A DNA stretch of 63,200 nucleotides, the filler included, from Dugesia japonica (Eukaryota), in assembly GCA_001938525.1 (NCBI GenBank). It is 5 parts of 5 records of this genome, joined end to end, with 100 filler letters (N's around TTAATTAATTAA, not from the genome) between each part and the next. Parts side by side here need not be neighbours in the genome. Positions count along the whole stretch, not along the records: positions 1 to 17,703 come from MQRL01579947.1; 4 more parts are not named here. One strand, given 5' to 3'. The translations under genes and the position numbers were made by a program. The notes below the pieces were generated by a model. The model saw only the letters and a program-made list of their open reading frames with translations. It was not told the origin of the DNA and made no database searches. Position 1 is the stretch's first letter; each line of letters starts with the position of its first letter. Positions 1 to 11,519 of this stretch are shown one piece after another.

Positions 1-1228
1 CTGAGGTATGGAAAAAAGAGAATCCATCTAACAAAGATAGAGGAAAACGGCAACAAAAAATTAAAATTCATAGTTGAAAATACCCTATTCAACAAAGTTG
101 CTATGACACAAGATGGTGCACAACTCACATTAGCCATAGATAAAAACAATAACAATTTGTTAAATGTATCAATAGATAGATTATAGTAAAGTTCGTTCAT
201 TAAACACACGCATATATGTATATATAAAGTATTTGTATGAGCTTTATTATATTATGACTGTGTGAATTAATATGTATATATACTTTCAGAATATGGAATC
301 TAGAAGAAGCTTCTTACAGAATAATNNNNNNNNNNNNNNNNNNNNNNNNNNNNNNNNNNNNNNNNNNNNNNNNNNNNNNNNNNNNNNNNNNNNNNNNNNN
401 NNNNNNNNNNNNNNNNNNNNNNNNNNNNNNNNNNNNNNNNNNNNNNNNNNNNNNNNNNNNNNNNNNNNNNNNNNNNNNNNNNNNNNNNNNNNNNNNNNNN
501 NNNNNNNNNNNNNNNNNNNNNNNNNNNNNNNNNNNNNNNNNNNNNNNNNNNNNNNNNNNNNNNNNNNNNNNNNNNNNNNNNNNNNNNNNNNNNNNNNNNN
601 NNNNNNNNNNNNNNNNNCAATAGTTGGGCAATTTGTACCTTTTACCTTATTCATAAAAATGCAGAGTAATAACAATCTCAGATTTGCTCATTTGCACCTT
701 TCATACACCAAATCAACACCCCAGATAGAAGCGACCCCACTAGTGAATTTCTCACACATTCACAATGTTTTATTATTGTAATTTTTGTATTTTATTGGGT
801 GAATTTTTAAATATATATTTTTCTATCAGAACTTGGTTTTTAATGAATTCGTTAAACCTAAGAAATAATAATTCTAACANTAAATTTAAAATAAATTAAA
901 AAATAAAACTTTCAAAAATTTGATAATATTTGTTCCTGTGTTGAAAATTAATTTTAAAATTTTGACAAAAATAAATAAGTAATACCTTTTTATTCACTGT
1001 TTACTAACCAACCAATAATAATGCGAGAAAACTTAGACAACAAATTATTAGTCATGAAATTAACAAAGTTAATTCATGATTAAAACAAAGACTAGTTAAT
1101 TAAAAATAAATAAAAAACAAAGAGATATTTTAATTTTTTACATTTATTACATATAACATACATTTTCAACTACAATGTTGACATTTATTTACATAGACAT
1201 GAATTTCACATATAATGTTGATTTTTAA

Positions 1229-1530
1229 CTATATTAAACAATTTTGTCCGCAAGTCGTTGTAAATGGGTTTTGAAATATTTTTTTGTTATACTCAATTAG
1301 CTTTGATATTTTTGAGAGATGTGAGACCAATATTTCTAAATAATAATATCCAAGCGGATCAAATACTAATATTTTTGCGGTTTATGGTAAACTGCTTTCC
1401 AATGTTCTTCACCGAGATTAGATGTTTGAGTATTGACGATTATGGCTTTATTTATTGGAAAGTATGGAAGCTTGTTCAATGGATATACTCCTAATGACGT
1501 TGATCCCAACAATTTTGAACCGATTTAATT
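1229..1530 (-). pseudogene. Maverick/Polinton adenain-like cysteine protease, frameshifted
   Basis: Minus-strand translation GVYPLNKLP...IIVNTQTSNLGEEHWKAVY, then after a frameshift VFDPLGY and FQNPFTTTCGQNCL: H, D, Q and C motifs in the order of the adenain/Ulp1-fold protease. Confidence 0.8.
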
Positions 1531-1599
1531 AATTTGAATAGAACTAATAAAAAAATAAAAATATATAAATTAAAAATTACTTAATATTTTACAATTTGA

Positions 1600-1909
1600 C
1601 TGCACTTGATTTTGTTCTGTACTCTTCTGCTTGCTTTAATTTGGATTTCATTTTTAAATTCTTCATAAATAATTACGGTGCAGTCAAAGCTTTTGCAAAC
1701 TTTTTATCCAATCTAAAATTTCCCTGTTGAGGTAATTGACTCTGCTTTATATCGAAATTCGGAGCCAATACAAATATAAAGAATGGATACTTGCTTTTGA
1801 ATTCTTCAAGTGTTATTCTGAAATTTATATTCTTATCCAAATATCCCATATTTTTTACTATGGATTGCATATATGTTGTACTAAAATTATCGTTTTCAAA
1901 ACATTGATT
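1600..1909 (-). pseudogene. Maverick/adintovirus major capsid protein, C-terminal fragment
   Basis: ORF 1673-1927 ITLEEFKSKYPFFIFVLAPNFD...QGNFRLDKKFAKAL, continuing after a frameshift as IIYEEFKNEIQIKASRRV; resembles the Polinton MCP C-terminus (FxFDLxPD...GNLRLExxFxxAL...ExxNxIxI). Confidence 0.75.
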
Positions 1910-1915
1910 NNNNNN

Positions 1916-2051
1916 GACTGTATGCAAGTTGTCCCGATAACCACTTTTTGGTCTTTGTTTTTGTTTTTTGTGCTGCTTTTATCAACTTTTCTACGCTGCA
2001 AAGACCTACAGGATTTTTTGGGTCCATCCATATCGTCTTTAGTTTGCCCAT
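1916..2051 (-). pseudogene. Maverick retroviral-like integrase, N-terminal fragment
   Basis: MGKLKTIWMDPKNPVGLCSVEKLIKAAQKTKTKTKKWLSGQLAYS matches the Polinton integrase N-terminus (LxxIYYDPxxP...VxKL...WLxxQxxY); ends at a 6-N gap. Confidence 0.7.
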
Positions 2052-2119
2052 TACAACAATTTGATGAAAACTTTAAGTCAAAATTAGGTAATCATTGTAC
2101 ACCGCCTATTGTTTATTTT

Positions 2120-2376
2120 GAATGAGTTAATCCAAGTGCTGCTAATGCCATTGGTAGTAATGCTACTATAAAACCACCCTTTTGACCCAACAAAACCTTT
2201 CTCACTAATCTCCTATTTTTTGTATTGACAAGTGATATTAATTACTTTTTATGTCTTTTCAATTTTCGTTTTCTAGCTTGGCTAATATTTACATTACGGT
2301 CAACAACATTTACGATACTTTCTAATAAACGTTCAATTAAAAACGATGGGAATGATTGCAGAATTGTCATTCTCAT
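2120..2376 (-). pseudogene. Small basic Maverick/adintovirus protein with QKGGF motif and hydrophobic tail
   Basis: RMTILQSFPSFLIERLLESIVNVVDRNVNISQARKRKLKRHKKVI / frameshift / NRRLVRKVLLGQKGGFIVALLPMALAALGL; lies between ATPase and integrase, like the conserved basic ORF of this group. Confidence 0.6.
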
Positions 2377-2679
2377 TGGTTTAGAGATTTAGGCAATGCA
2401 ATAAAAAACGGAACACTTTGTTCTAATTTCATTTTATTTAAATATTACATATCATTTGATTGTTTATAATGATGTCCATTTTCCGTTTGCATTTCCATAC
2501 ATTTTTGATAGTTTTTTGAACATACTCCACTGCTTTTTCTTTCCAATATGCTTCTATCTTTTACCGATGCCATTTTTTCTGTTAGACCTTTTAGAAGTAA
2601 AATCAGGTAATTGATTTTACCTGATCAATTACAACCTTTTTAAATTTTGTCGTTTTATAAATAAAATATTTACATCGTT

Positions 2680-3100
2680 TGTTTATACACAGTNACACCG
2701 TTAGGATTGAAAGTATTTGTCCGTACCCTCAATTCATCGGAACATTGTTGTGTAAAGTCTAGAAAAAGATATCCATGAGGGTTTAACGTAGCATCCTGGA
2801 ATGATTCAATAATAAATTGTTTATTATTAGGATACGCTTGTCTTACTAGTAAATCGACAACCGTTTGATCTCTCGGAGTTTTGAAAGTAACCCAGAATTG
2901 AACATTTAAATTACGGGTTCTGTGACTTCCTTCTCGATGAAAGAAATTTTGAGTAATGAATATAACAGTTACCTTGGAATGTCTTCATATTAAGTCCTTA
3001 AAGTCTTTTTCTTTGTTTGCCTCCTGATACAGATAATATACTACGATAACATAACCCGGTTTCTATCTCTTGCTCCAATTTTTATCAAATCTATTTATAA
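2680..3100 (-). pseudogene. Maverick packaging ATPase (A32/FtsK-HerA family), C-terminal half
   Basis: HSKVTVIFITQNFFHREGSHRTRNLNVQFWVTFKTPRDQTVVDLLVRQAYP...ESFQDATLNPHGYLFLDFTQQCSDELRVRTN matches the TQN..R..LN..F.xPRD...RQ...DAT..P.GYL.D...R.RTN pattern. Confidence 0.85.
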
Positions 3101-3414
3101 ATTTCATTTTTATATTACAAAATTTCGATTTCGTTAATCTGTGCTCTTCATCGGCACCTCTATTCCAGTAGATGTTGTCAACTTTTGATTTAAATCATTT
3201 TGATTTCAATAATTTACATACAAATAAAGTTTTNNNNNNNNNNNNNNNNNNNNNNNNNNNNNNNNNNNNNNNNNNNNNNNNNNNNNNNNNNNNNNNNNNN
3301 NNNNNNNNNNNNNNNNNNNNNNNNNNNNNNNNNNNNNNNNNNNNNNNNNNNNNNNNNNNNNNNNNNNNNNNNNNNTATATATATACCCTAACAACTATTA
3401 CAAAAACATTAATA

Positions 3415-3810
3415 ATGTTAGTCAATATTAATTACAAAGTTAAAGTGTCGCAAGACATAACAAGCAAAATAAAATTCCCCATTGGTAAACCTTCAACATT
3501 TGTTGACAAAAGCGGGAAATATACAATCATATTCTTTAAATAAGGAAATTGTTGAATCATGGGATGCAAACAACCGATTGAAATAGATAAATTACAGTAT
3601 GACATTAAAGACATTCGGTTGCAATCGTNNNNNNNNNNNNNNNNNNNNNNNNNNNNNATTAATTTATTTAAATTGGCAAAGATAACAAAATGCTGGTTTG
3701 AAGCGGAATCGTTTCCAGCAAAACGTCTTACAAAATATGATCCTAAAAATAAATTTATAACCAACACTATTTGTTTTTTCAAACAAATTAAAACACCATG
3801 CTTTAATTAG
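3415..3810 (+). pseudogene. TATA-binding-protein (TBP)-like pseudogene beside the Maverick module
   Basis: One frame with two in-frame stops: MLVNINYK...KYTIIFFK*GNC*IMGCK...IRLQS[N gap]INLFKLAKITKCWFEAESFPAKRL; recalls TBP repeat motifs IFxSGKxxxxG and IxLxxL...YEPExFPxL. Confidence 0.55.
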
Positions 3811-4070
3811 GAATTATTCTTTAATAAATTTGAAATTTAAATTTAATCATTTCATGTAAAATAATTCAAAAATTTAAAGAAAATATTTATTTGTCATCAA
3901 AATCTTATTTAAGTTCTTCCGAAATTTTTAAACAAAATTGTCATTTCTAAAAATATACAATAAATTGTGTATAAAAATATTTAAATTAATCTTTAAACTA
4001 TTCATTTCAATTGTGTTCAATTAGCGAGAATAAACAGTTAAAAATCGAAAATTAATATTTTGTCTATTTA

Positions 4071-4870
4071 CTATTTCAACAATGTCTTTTTATGGTGGAA
4101 ACTATAGTTATTCATAATTAGAATATCATAAAGATTATTTTGGAAATGTAACAATACTTTATCATGTAAAATAATAATAAAGCTTTCACCATTGAATGAT
4201 CCTTCTATGATTTCAAACGCCATTACGTTTTTGTTTAATAGCAACCATACAACCCAAATCCTTTCCTCNNNNNNNNNNNNNNNNNNNNNNNNNNNNNNNN
4301 NNNNNNNNNNNNNNNNNNNNNNNNNNNNNNNNNNNNNNNNNNNNNNCTTTTTCATCCAGGAAAACCAAATTATCGTCATTCAAAAATTCAAGTTCATGGG
4401 CATATATTTGTCTTGCATCAATATTCCTAAGACGGTTTTTAATAACTAACCAATCTTTTTCTTGTATATTTCATACTCCTTAGTAATCTTGAAATCGAAC
4501 TTTGATTTTTTATTATTCCAAAAATTCTTAATTCTTCTGATAATTCGCTTTATGTAAATGAAGAATCTTTCAGTAAAATTTGAGATAAACGCACTTTGGA
4601 ATATGAATGATTCTTTAGTTTGGGTCCAGTCTTTCTTCGTAAAATATTCTAGTTAGTTTTTCCACAACAAATTTTCTTAATAATATTGCAGACTGTAGGT
4701 CGTGATAATGATTCATCATTGGCTATTTCTTTCACGAAATTACCATAATTTAAAAAATTTCTAATACTTTTTATTATTTCTAGTGCTATTATAACGCGTT
4801 TTTCCTTTTTGTTATTGACAGAACGATTAAATTTTCACATGAATATTCTTCATAATTATGATCGGCTCAT
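4071..4870 (-). mobile_element. Degenerate IS630/Tc1-like transposase
   Basis: HTH-like IANDESLSRPTVCNIIKK near 4700; DDE-region AFEIIEGSFNGESF...LIMNNYSFHH (IMDNxxFH-like); stops and frameshifts. Confidence 0.7.
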
Positions 4871-7800
4871 ATGGGAAAAAATAATAATTATGATAACAGA
4901 AATAATTTCAATACAATTATGATTAATTTTAACTATAATTATCATTAATTTTAAATTTGATTATCAAAAACTTTAAATATAATATTGCATAGCCCTGTAA
5001 CATGTGTTGACCCTATCTTATTAAAAATAAGGTTATTTTTGAAACTTATCTGTTTAAGAAATATTTTCATTTTAACTTTTCGGTTTTTTTTGTTTAATTG
5101 CTTATTGTATCTTAGCATATTGTTAGCATTATTTATTGGAATCGAGGGTTAAATTATGTTTTCGAACAAATTTAAATTAACTTTAAAATAATTTTGGTTT
5201 TATGAATTCTCATTTTGTCAAGCTAAATATAATAAAGTGATAAATGAACCTAAATAATCACTTTTCAAAGTGCATTCGCTACCCGAATTTTTATATCTGA
5301 TAATTGATTTGCTCTAAAATTTTATATGAATCAGTTTCATTCATTCAGAAAATAATATGAAATAAATTAATTATTTCGCAAACCTTTAGTTTAATTTTCA
5401 AAATCTCTTAAATCATCAGATATTTGTACTTGTTCTATAAACTACTCGTTATCAGAATAATTTAGTTGAGTTTTATAATTTTAACTCTAACCGATGTAAA
5501 GAATTTTCACATAATATTAAATTTGGGTCCTTTCAGTTTAGACAAATATCGTCCAATTAAATATTAAATAAGAATCCATGCGCAAAGTAAGAGGATTATC
5601 CCTTCCTAATGATAAAAAAAGTCGTCAAATATAGTCATTGTTTAGATCTTGACGATTCGGACACACTTTACTTTCAAAAACCAGATGGAATCTGGAAAAA
5701 TCACCTTGATTATTATAACTTAAAAAGGTTACCAAACCGCCATAATGGATGGTAGACATTGCAAGGGATCAATTATACTTCATAGACAAGAATTTAAACA
5801 TCGTCAATTGTCTATACCAACAAATAGACTAGAGACCATCTAGCCGTATCCTATAACTTCGATGCGAAACCTATGTCAAAGAAACGTCCGCGTATAATTC
5901 CAAACCCGAAAACGTTGTCTCACGTACCACCATCTAAGCCGAAGAAAAAGAAACCCTCTCAGTTTGGTCCGAGTACCAGTAAGAAATGAAAATTCGAATG
6001 GTGAGAGCCATAGCGTTTCTAGCTATTACCGCTCTACTCTATCAGCGATTCAAGCACAATGAGAACTCTAGCGTTTCTAGCTACTCCCGTTCATCATTGT
6101 TGCCATAACAATCCATAATTATTCCAATTCACAATTCAATCAAAAATGGGAACTATGGCTGTATTTAGCTACTACCGTTCTCCATTACCTTGTTAATAAA
6201 CATTATTATTATATATTTTTGTGGAGTTTATTTCAACAATTATTCACATTTTTTTGTGATCAAATTTCGGTGAAGTTTATTTTTTTGTATATAACGGATT
6301 TTATTTTAAATACTTATGTATATAAATGACTTAAATATTTTATTTTTTTGGGACAAAAACATATTTTTGGGGGATGATATGTTAGGGTTGTAAGCTAAGC
6401 TTACATTAATTTTATTTAGTTTATTAATTTATTTATAAAATTTTCTAGTTTTTTAAAATCACTAACTTAATTTTTTCATAAAGGTCATTGTTTAAATTCT
6501 TTAATTTTTATATTTTGTTTAGAAGTCTTTAAAGTTTTAAAGTTTTGATAAAAAAGAATTTTTATTAATTATTAAATATAGTAACTTAAATTTTAACGTT
6601 ATTTTAAATTATTTATTTAGATCAGCAGAAATTTCAAATATCTAATTTAGGTAAATAAAAATTATCAATTCAGGTAAATGTTTATTTAATTAAGAATTCG
6701 ATTAATTAAATGTAAACAGAAAATTCTGTATATATACTGATTGCAAAATCAGTTTTACTCAGACAAAAAATTTTAAGCTAAATATTAGCGGTAACCAATT
6801 TTTTAAAACAGCAGTAAAGCTAAAAAATTTATTTGTTGCTATAAGTAGCAGTTACATTAAAAACGTCATTTTTGATAATTTTTGAACAAATATAAAACCT
6901 TTTGGATTAATATTTGTTTTTCTTTTAAATCATTTAAATTTGAGATAATATTACATTGGTTCAAACACTNNNNNNNNNNNNNNNNNNNNNNNAATAAAAT
7001 CAGCCGCCTAAAATTACACATATTGAGTTATCTACGTGTGGTGAGGAAACTTAGACCCACCATTCATTACTTATCAGGACGGTATTGTAATACCGGTTTT
7101 CATTCTTCTGTATATATAAATAGAGCGGTTTTCGCAAAACCCCAAAAGTCATTATACGTTTTATTATTTGTAATTTTTATAGTTATTTGATTAATAAATC
7201 CTTAAGTAAAAGAAAGTGTTATTTTAATTTATTATCATATTTTCATATTCAATTTATTTATAACCTTTCACGAATATATTTTCTAATTAAAATTTGGAGT
7301 CAGATTAAATAATTAATAAATTGTTATTTCTCCCCACAAGATCTAACAGATGTAACAACTTGCCCTCAGCGTGAAAAGCAAAGTAAAAATACATGCTCTT
7401 AAATAACTATGAAATTAATTTAAAGATTAACCCTTTCATTACAACAAAAGTATGTATAAACACTCTTTATAAGTGAATAGCATATATTTTCGATTGATGT
7501 TTTTTCTTTTTGAGAACAAGAAATGTAAATATTTGTTGTAAATATGTTTATTATGAAAAATGGTTTTTGGTCAACATATTTATGTTTTAACGATAATACC
7601 AATAGAAATTTGTATTCAGAGAAATATTACCTTGAAAATACTTCTCAACGAAGGAATAAAAAGAAAAATTCATAATTTTTAAAATAAAAAATTCTTTTGT
7701 TTTGCTTTAAAATTCTAATTTTCGTCAGGAGCCTTCAGATAAATTTTCTAAATCAAAAGATCAAATTTCAATAATTATAAAATGATTACAGAAACAAAAC

Positions 7801-8038
7801 AATAGTTCGCTAAAATGTATTCAAATACATTTTACAAAAAACAATACAATTTGTTTAAATTACTTCTTAACATCAAAATGTTTTTATACTAATTTAAATT
7901 AATTAATCTCAACCCAAATTAGTATCATATAAGGGCAGATTATTAAGGTAATTTAAGTAATAAAAAAATAGAATTTAATTATGCAAATTTTTTATGTATA
8001 AATATTTTAAGCTTTTCAACATATTTGTTATAAAATAC

Positions 8039-11000
8039 ATGGAAAATAAATTTTCTAATAATCGCTCTTTGGAGAATGTAGTTCCAATGATTTCTAGTCA
8101 AAAAAGTTTAAAAGGAATTATAGCTGGTAATAATTAGACTAGTATATTTTCCAATAAGTTTATTACAGGAGGTATAACTGGGGGTTTAGAGATTTGCATC
8201 ACTTTCCCCACTGAATATGTTAAAACACAATTACAACTTGATCAGAGGGTTGGCTTAGCAAAAAGATTTAAAGGACCGATACATTGTGTTAAAATAACGG
8301 TCAAAGAACATGGATTCTTTGGTCTATATCGAGGGTTATCTGTTCTTTTATATGGATCGATTCCAAAATCTGCTGTCAGGTTAATTATTAATATATATAT
8401 ATATATATTAAAATGTAATTTTTCTTTAGATTTGGAGCTTTTGAAGAATTTAAAAAGAGAAATTTATCATCTGATGGTACTTTGACTAATAGCAGAAAAC
8501 TTCTTTGTGGATTGGGTAAGATAAAATTCATTTCCTAAAAATTTCATGAAAATACTGTTTGTTTAATTTTATTTTTCCTATTTCAGGGTTTTAACGAGCG
8601 ATTATTATACATATTTCCTTTTTATCGCATTAATTAATAACCTATGCATTTCGCAAAATATTTTCGATCATAATTTATTACTTTATCTTTGAAATGTTTT
8701 GTCAAATACGTATCATTTTTACATTTACATTAATCCAATAAATATTTCTGATACGAATAATATGTAATAATAATATACTAAAATAATAACGAATACTCAA
8801 ATTTCTTTATCCGGTATTGTAATTTTCTATATAAATTATGTTTCCACAAGAAATTTAAAATATTTATCTATAATAATGGAAAGTTTAGTCCGTTTCCTAA
8901 AAAGGAATAATTGTAATTAGAACTTTTGACTGGTAATTATAGTCTAAATATTTTTCAAAGTTTACTAATAATATTGGTGAAGTAAATTATCTTTATAAAA
9001 TAATAGACGAGAAAGAATAGTTGTAAACTTTTATTATTTAAAATATAAAATTAATTGTTTTTTTTTNNNNNNNNNNNNNNNNNNNNNNNNTGTAGGTGCC
9101 GGCGTATCGGAAGCAATTTTTGCTGTAACTCCTATGGAAACTGTAAAAGTAAAATTTATAAATGATCAAATATCTGCAAATCCGAAATATAATGGATTTT
9201 TTCATGGAGTTAAAACTATTATAAAAGCAGAAGGTATTTGTTTTAATTTTATTTAGCTGCTTCTCATTTCTTACATCAACTTAATTATCATTATAATGCA
9301 ATTCATGTTTAATCCAATGAAAATAATGATATTTTTTTAATGTAAATTTCTGTCACACACTAATGATATCCTCTGCTTTAGAACATTCTTCACATCTGGT
9401 TAAAAAGTTACTATACAGTTAAATGAAAATAAATTTATTTACAGAAACGTATAACTATTTTTGTTATATATATACGTATTTTTCTAAACGGTGCATATAA
9501 AATTCACAACTGAAATGGAATGTAATGGATTTTCTGGATTTACTTATAGAACGAAAATTTGATCATTATGAGACAGAAATCTATCGCAAACCAACTGATA
9601 CAGGTTTATATACAGCACNTGGAAGCTTCTGTGAATCTCGTTATAAATTTAATATGATTATAGGATTAGTATATAGATAATGGGCTGACTCTTCTTCCTA
9701 TTTGAACTTTTGTAAAAATGTTCAAAATTTGATGTCTTTATAAAATAAAAAAAATCAATTCATTTAATATAAAAGCTTAGATCAAAATTATTGATATTGG
9801 ATAACAATTCGATATTTCGACCTTGTCTNNNNNNNNNNNNNNNNNNNNNNNNNNNNNNNNNNNNNNNNNNNNNNNNNNNNNNNNNNATATTAAATGAATT
9901 CTATAAAACGATCAATGGTTAAGTCCAACAATTATTCTCATAATAATTGCAATTGTAAAAAAAATCAATTATAGAAAAATTATCTTATGAAATGATTTAT
10001 AAAATTGTACTTAACATTAATAATAATCCAAATGATGAACAGGTTATTAAGGACCCAGATAAATCTAATTATTTCGATAAAATTAGTTATGTTTTAAATA
10101 TTCCTTATTTTGAAGGCTTTAAGGATTTTAAAAATGGTTTGCTAAAATTTTCAGTAAATCTCCCAAAGTTTAAAATTGTGTCTCCGTCTTTTAAAATTAT
10201 AGCTGCGTTCAGTAATAAGTCTAAGACTCATTATGGATTGGTTTCTAATCTTATTTATAAATATGAGTGTAATGGGTGTAATGCCACATACATTGGAGAG
10301 ACTTCCCGTCATCTCTGTAAAAGATGATGTATACAACCACATATTATAATTGGAAAAAAAACTTTTCTAAACACCTTATTTACAAACACATCATTGGTAT
10401 GTCTATTAGATTTAAATATTGCAAACTACTGTTAGAAGCAAAGAATGTAGAAATTGGCACTAAAAGCTAATAATGTAAATCTGCAAATATTAATAATACA
10501 ATAAAAATAATGAAACGATTTTCTCTAATATTTTCCTTATGTTGTTATTTAATAATGTTAAATCTATTTTTAATGTTATTTAAAAAAATAATTAATGCTT
10601 GAAAATATGATATACATTTTTATGATATATACGTATATAAATGTATATCATATTATCGGATAGAAGAAGTAACAAAATAATGTTTTTTCCTTAAATGAAT
10701 GCTCAATTTCCTTTGATTTTATGTTCTTGAGTTACTGGTGATATTATAATATGATGATTCTTATTTGGTATTTTAGTAATGTTGAATTAAATACAAGTCT
10801 GATGTAATACAAGGGTCTGATTTCATTGATTATTTATAATTTAAGTTTTATTAAAAGGAATCAAAGGAGTATATCAAGGAGTGACGGCTACTATAATGAA
10901 ACAAGGTACCAATCAAGCTATTAGATTTTTCGTTATTGAGTCCCTAAAGGATGGATATAGAAAATTTCGGGGTGACACTAGTCCTAACGCTCCCATTCCA

Positions 11001-11090
11001 AAATTATTGACTGGAATATTTGGTGCAATTGCCGGAGCTGCATCTGTATTTGGCAATACTCCAATCGACGTGGTAAAAACACGAATGCAG
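8039..11090 (+). CDS. SLC25A1: Mitochondrial tricarboxylate (citrate) carrier, partial; exons 8039-8126, 8169-8379, 8430-8515, 9096-9233, 10858-11090
   Basis: Spliced in frame via GT-AG introns: [30 protein letters not shown]...[25 protein letters not shown]...[24 protein letters not shown]...[21 protein letters not shown]...[17 protein letters not shown]; three PxE/DxxK carrier signatures. Final exon(s) not found before the contig end. Confidence 0.95.
9520..10400 (+). mobile_element. Penelope-like element remnant (RT C-terminus + GIY-YIG endonuclease) in intron 4 of the citrate carrier
   Basis: [26 protein letters not shown] (PLE RT thumb YRKPT) and [27 protein letters not shown] (GIY-YIG with CxxC). 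Confidence 0.85.
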
Positions 11091-11170
11091 GTTAATTTAT
11101 TATTGAGTGGAAGAATAAATGTTTTAGCTAAAGATTTTCTTATTAATGAATTAAATTTTATTTTGCACGT

Positions 11171-11240
11171 TACAGTGGATTCTGCATATAATGACCTCGA
11201 ACATAATGAATTTTTCGTTTATAATGAACTTTTTTGGTGC
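11171..11240 (+). mobile_element. Tigger/pogo-like MITE 5' terminus
   Basis: TA+CAGTGGATTCTGCATATAATGACCTCG...TATAATGAAC resembles Tigger-type MITE ends. Confidence 0.4.
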
Positions 11241-11519
11241 TATTTTATTACATTATATAGGAAATTCTATTAAGGTTGATAAAAGCGAAATTTACGGATC
11301 TTGTGAAAAAATTTACAGATGATTATCTAACACAAAACATAAACATATTAATGTATAACACAGTTCTGAATGTAAAACAATTTCTATCAGCGTATGTGTT
11401 CAAATTGATTGTCCTCTGCTTTAGAACCTTCTTCACATCTGGTCAAAAAGTTACTATATGTACAGTTAAATGAAAATAAATTTATCTACAGAAACGTATA
11501 ACTATTGTTGTTTATAAAA

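Noticed and set aside
272-781. ORFs running through N runs (also 3195-3425, 23700-23882, 54274-54559)
   Set aside because: Open only because N codons contain no stops.
1264-2125. Plus-strand ORFs 1264-1494 and 1736-2125, and similar antisense ORFs over TE genes
   Set aside because: Shadow frames opposite recognisable minus-strand genes.
5600-6180. GC-richer stretch with three short TAGCTA(C/T)T(A/C)CCG repeats
   Set aside because: No sustained frame or recognisable motif; too little to call.
11091-11273. C-terminal extension of ORF 10881-11273
   Set aside because: Read-through past the GT donor at 11091 into intron and MITE sequence.
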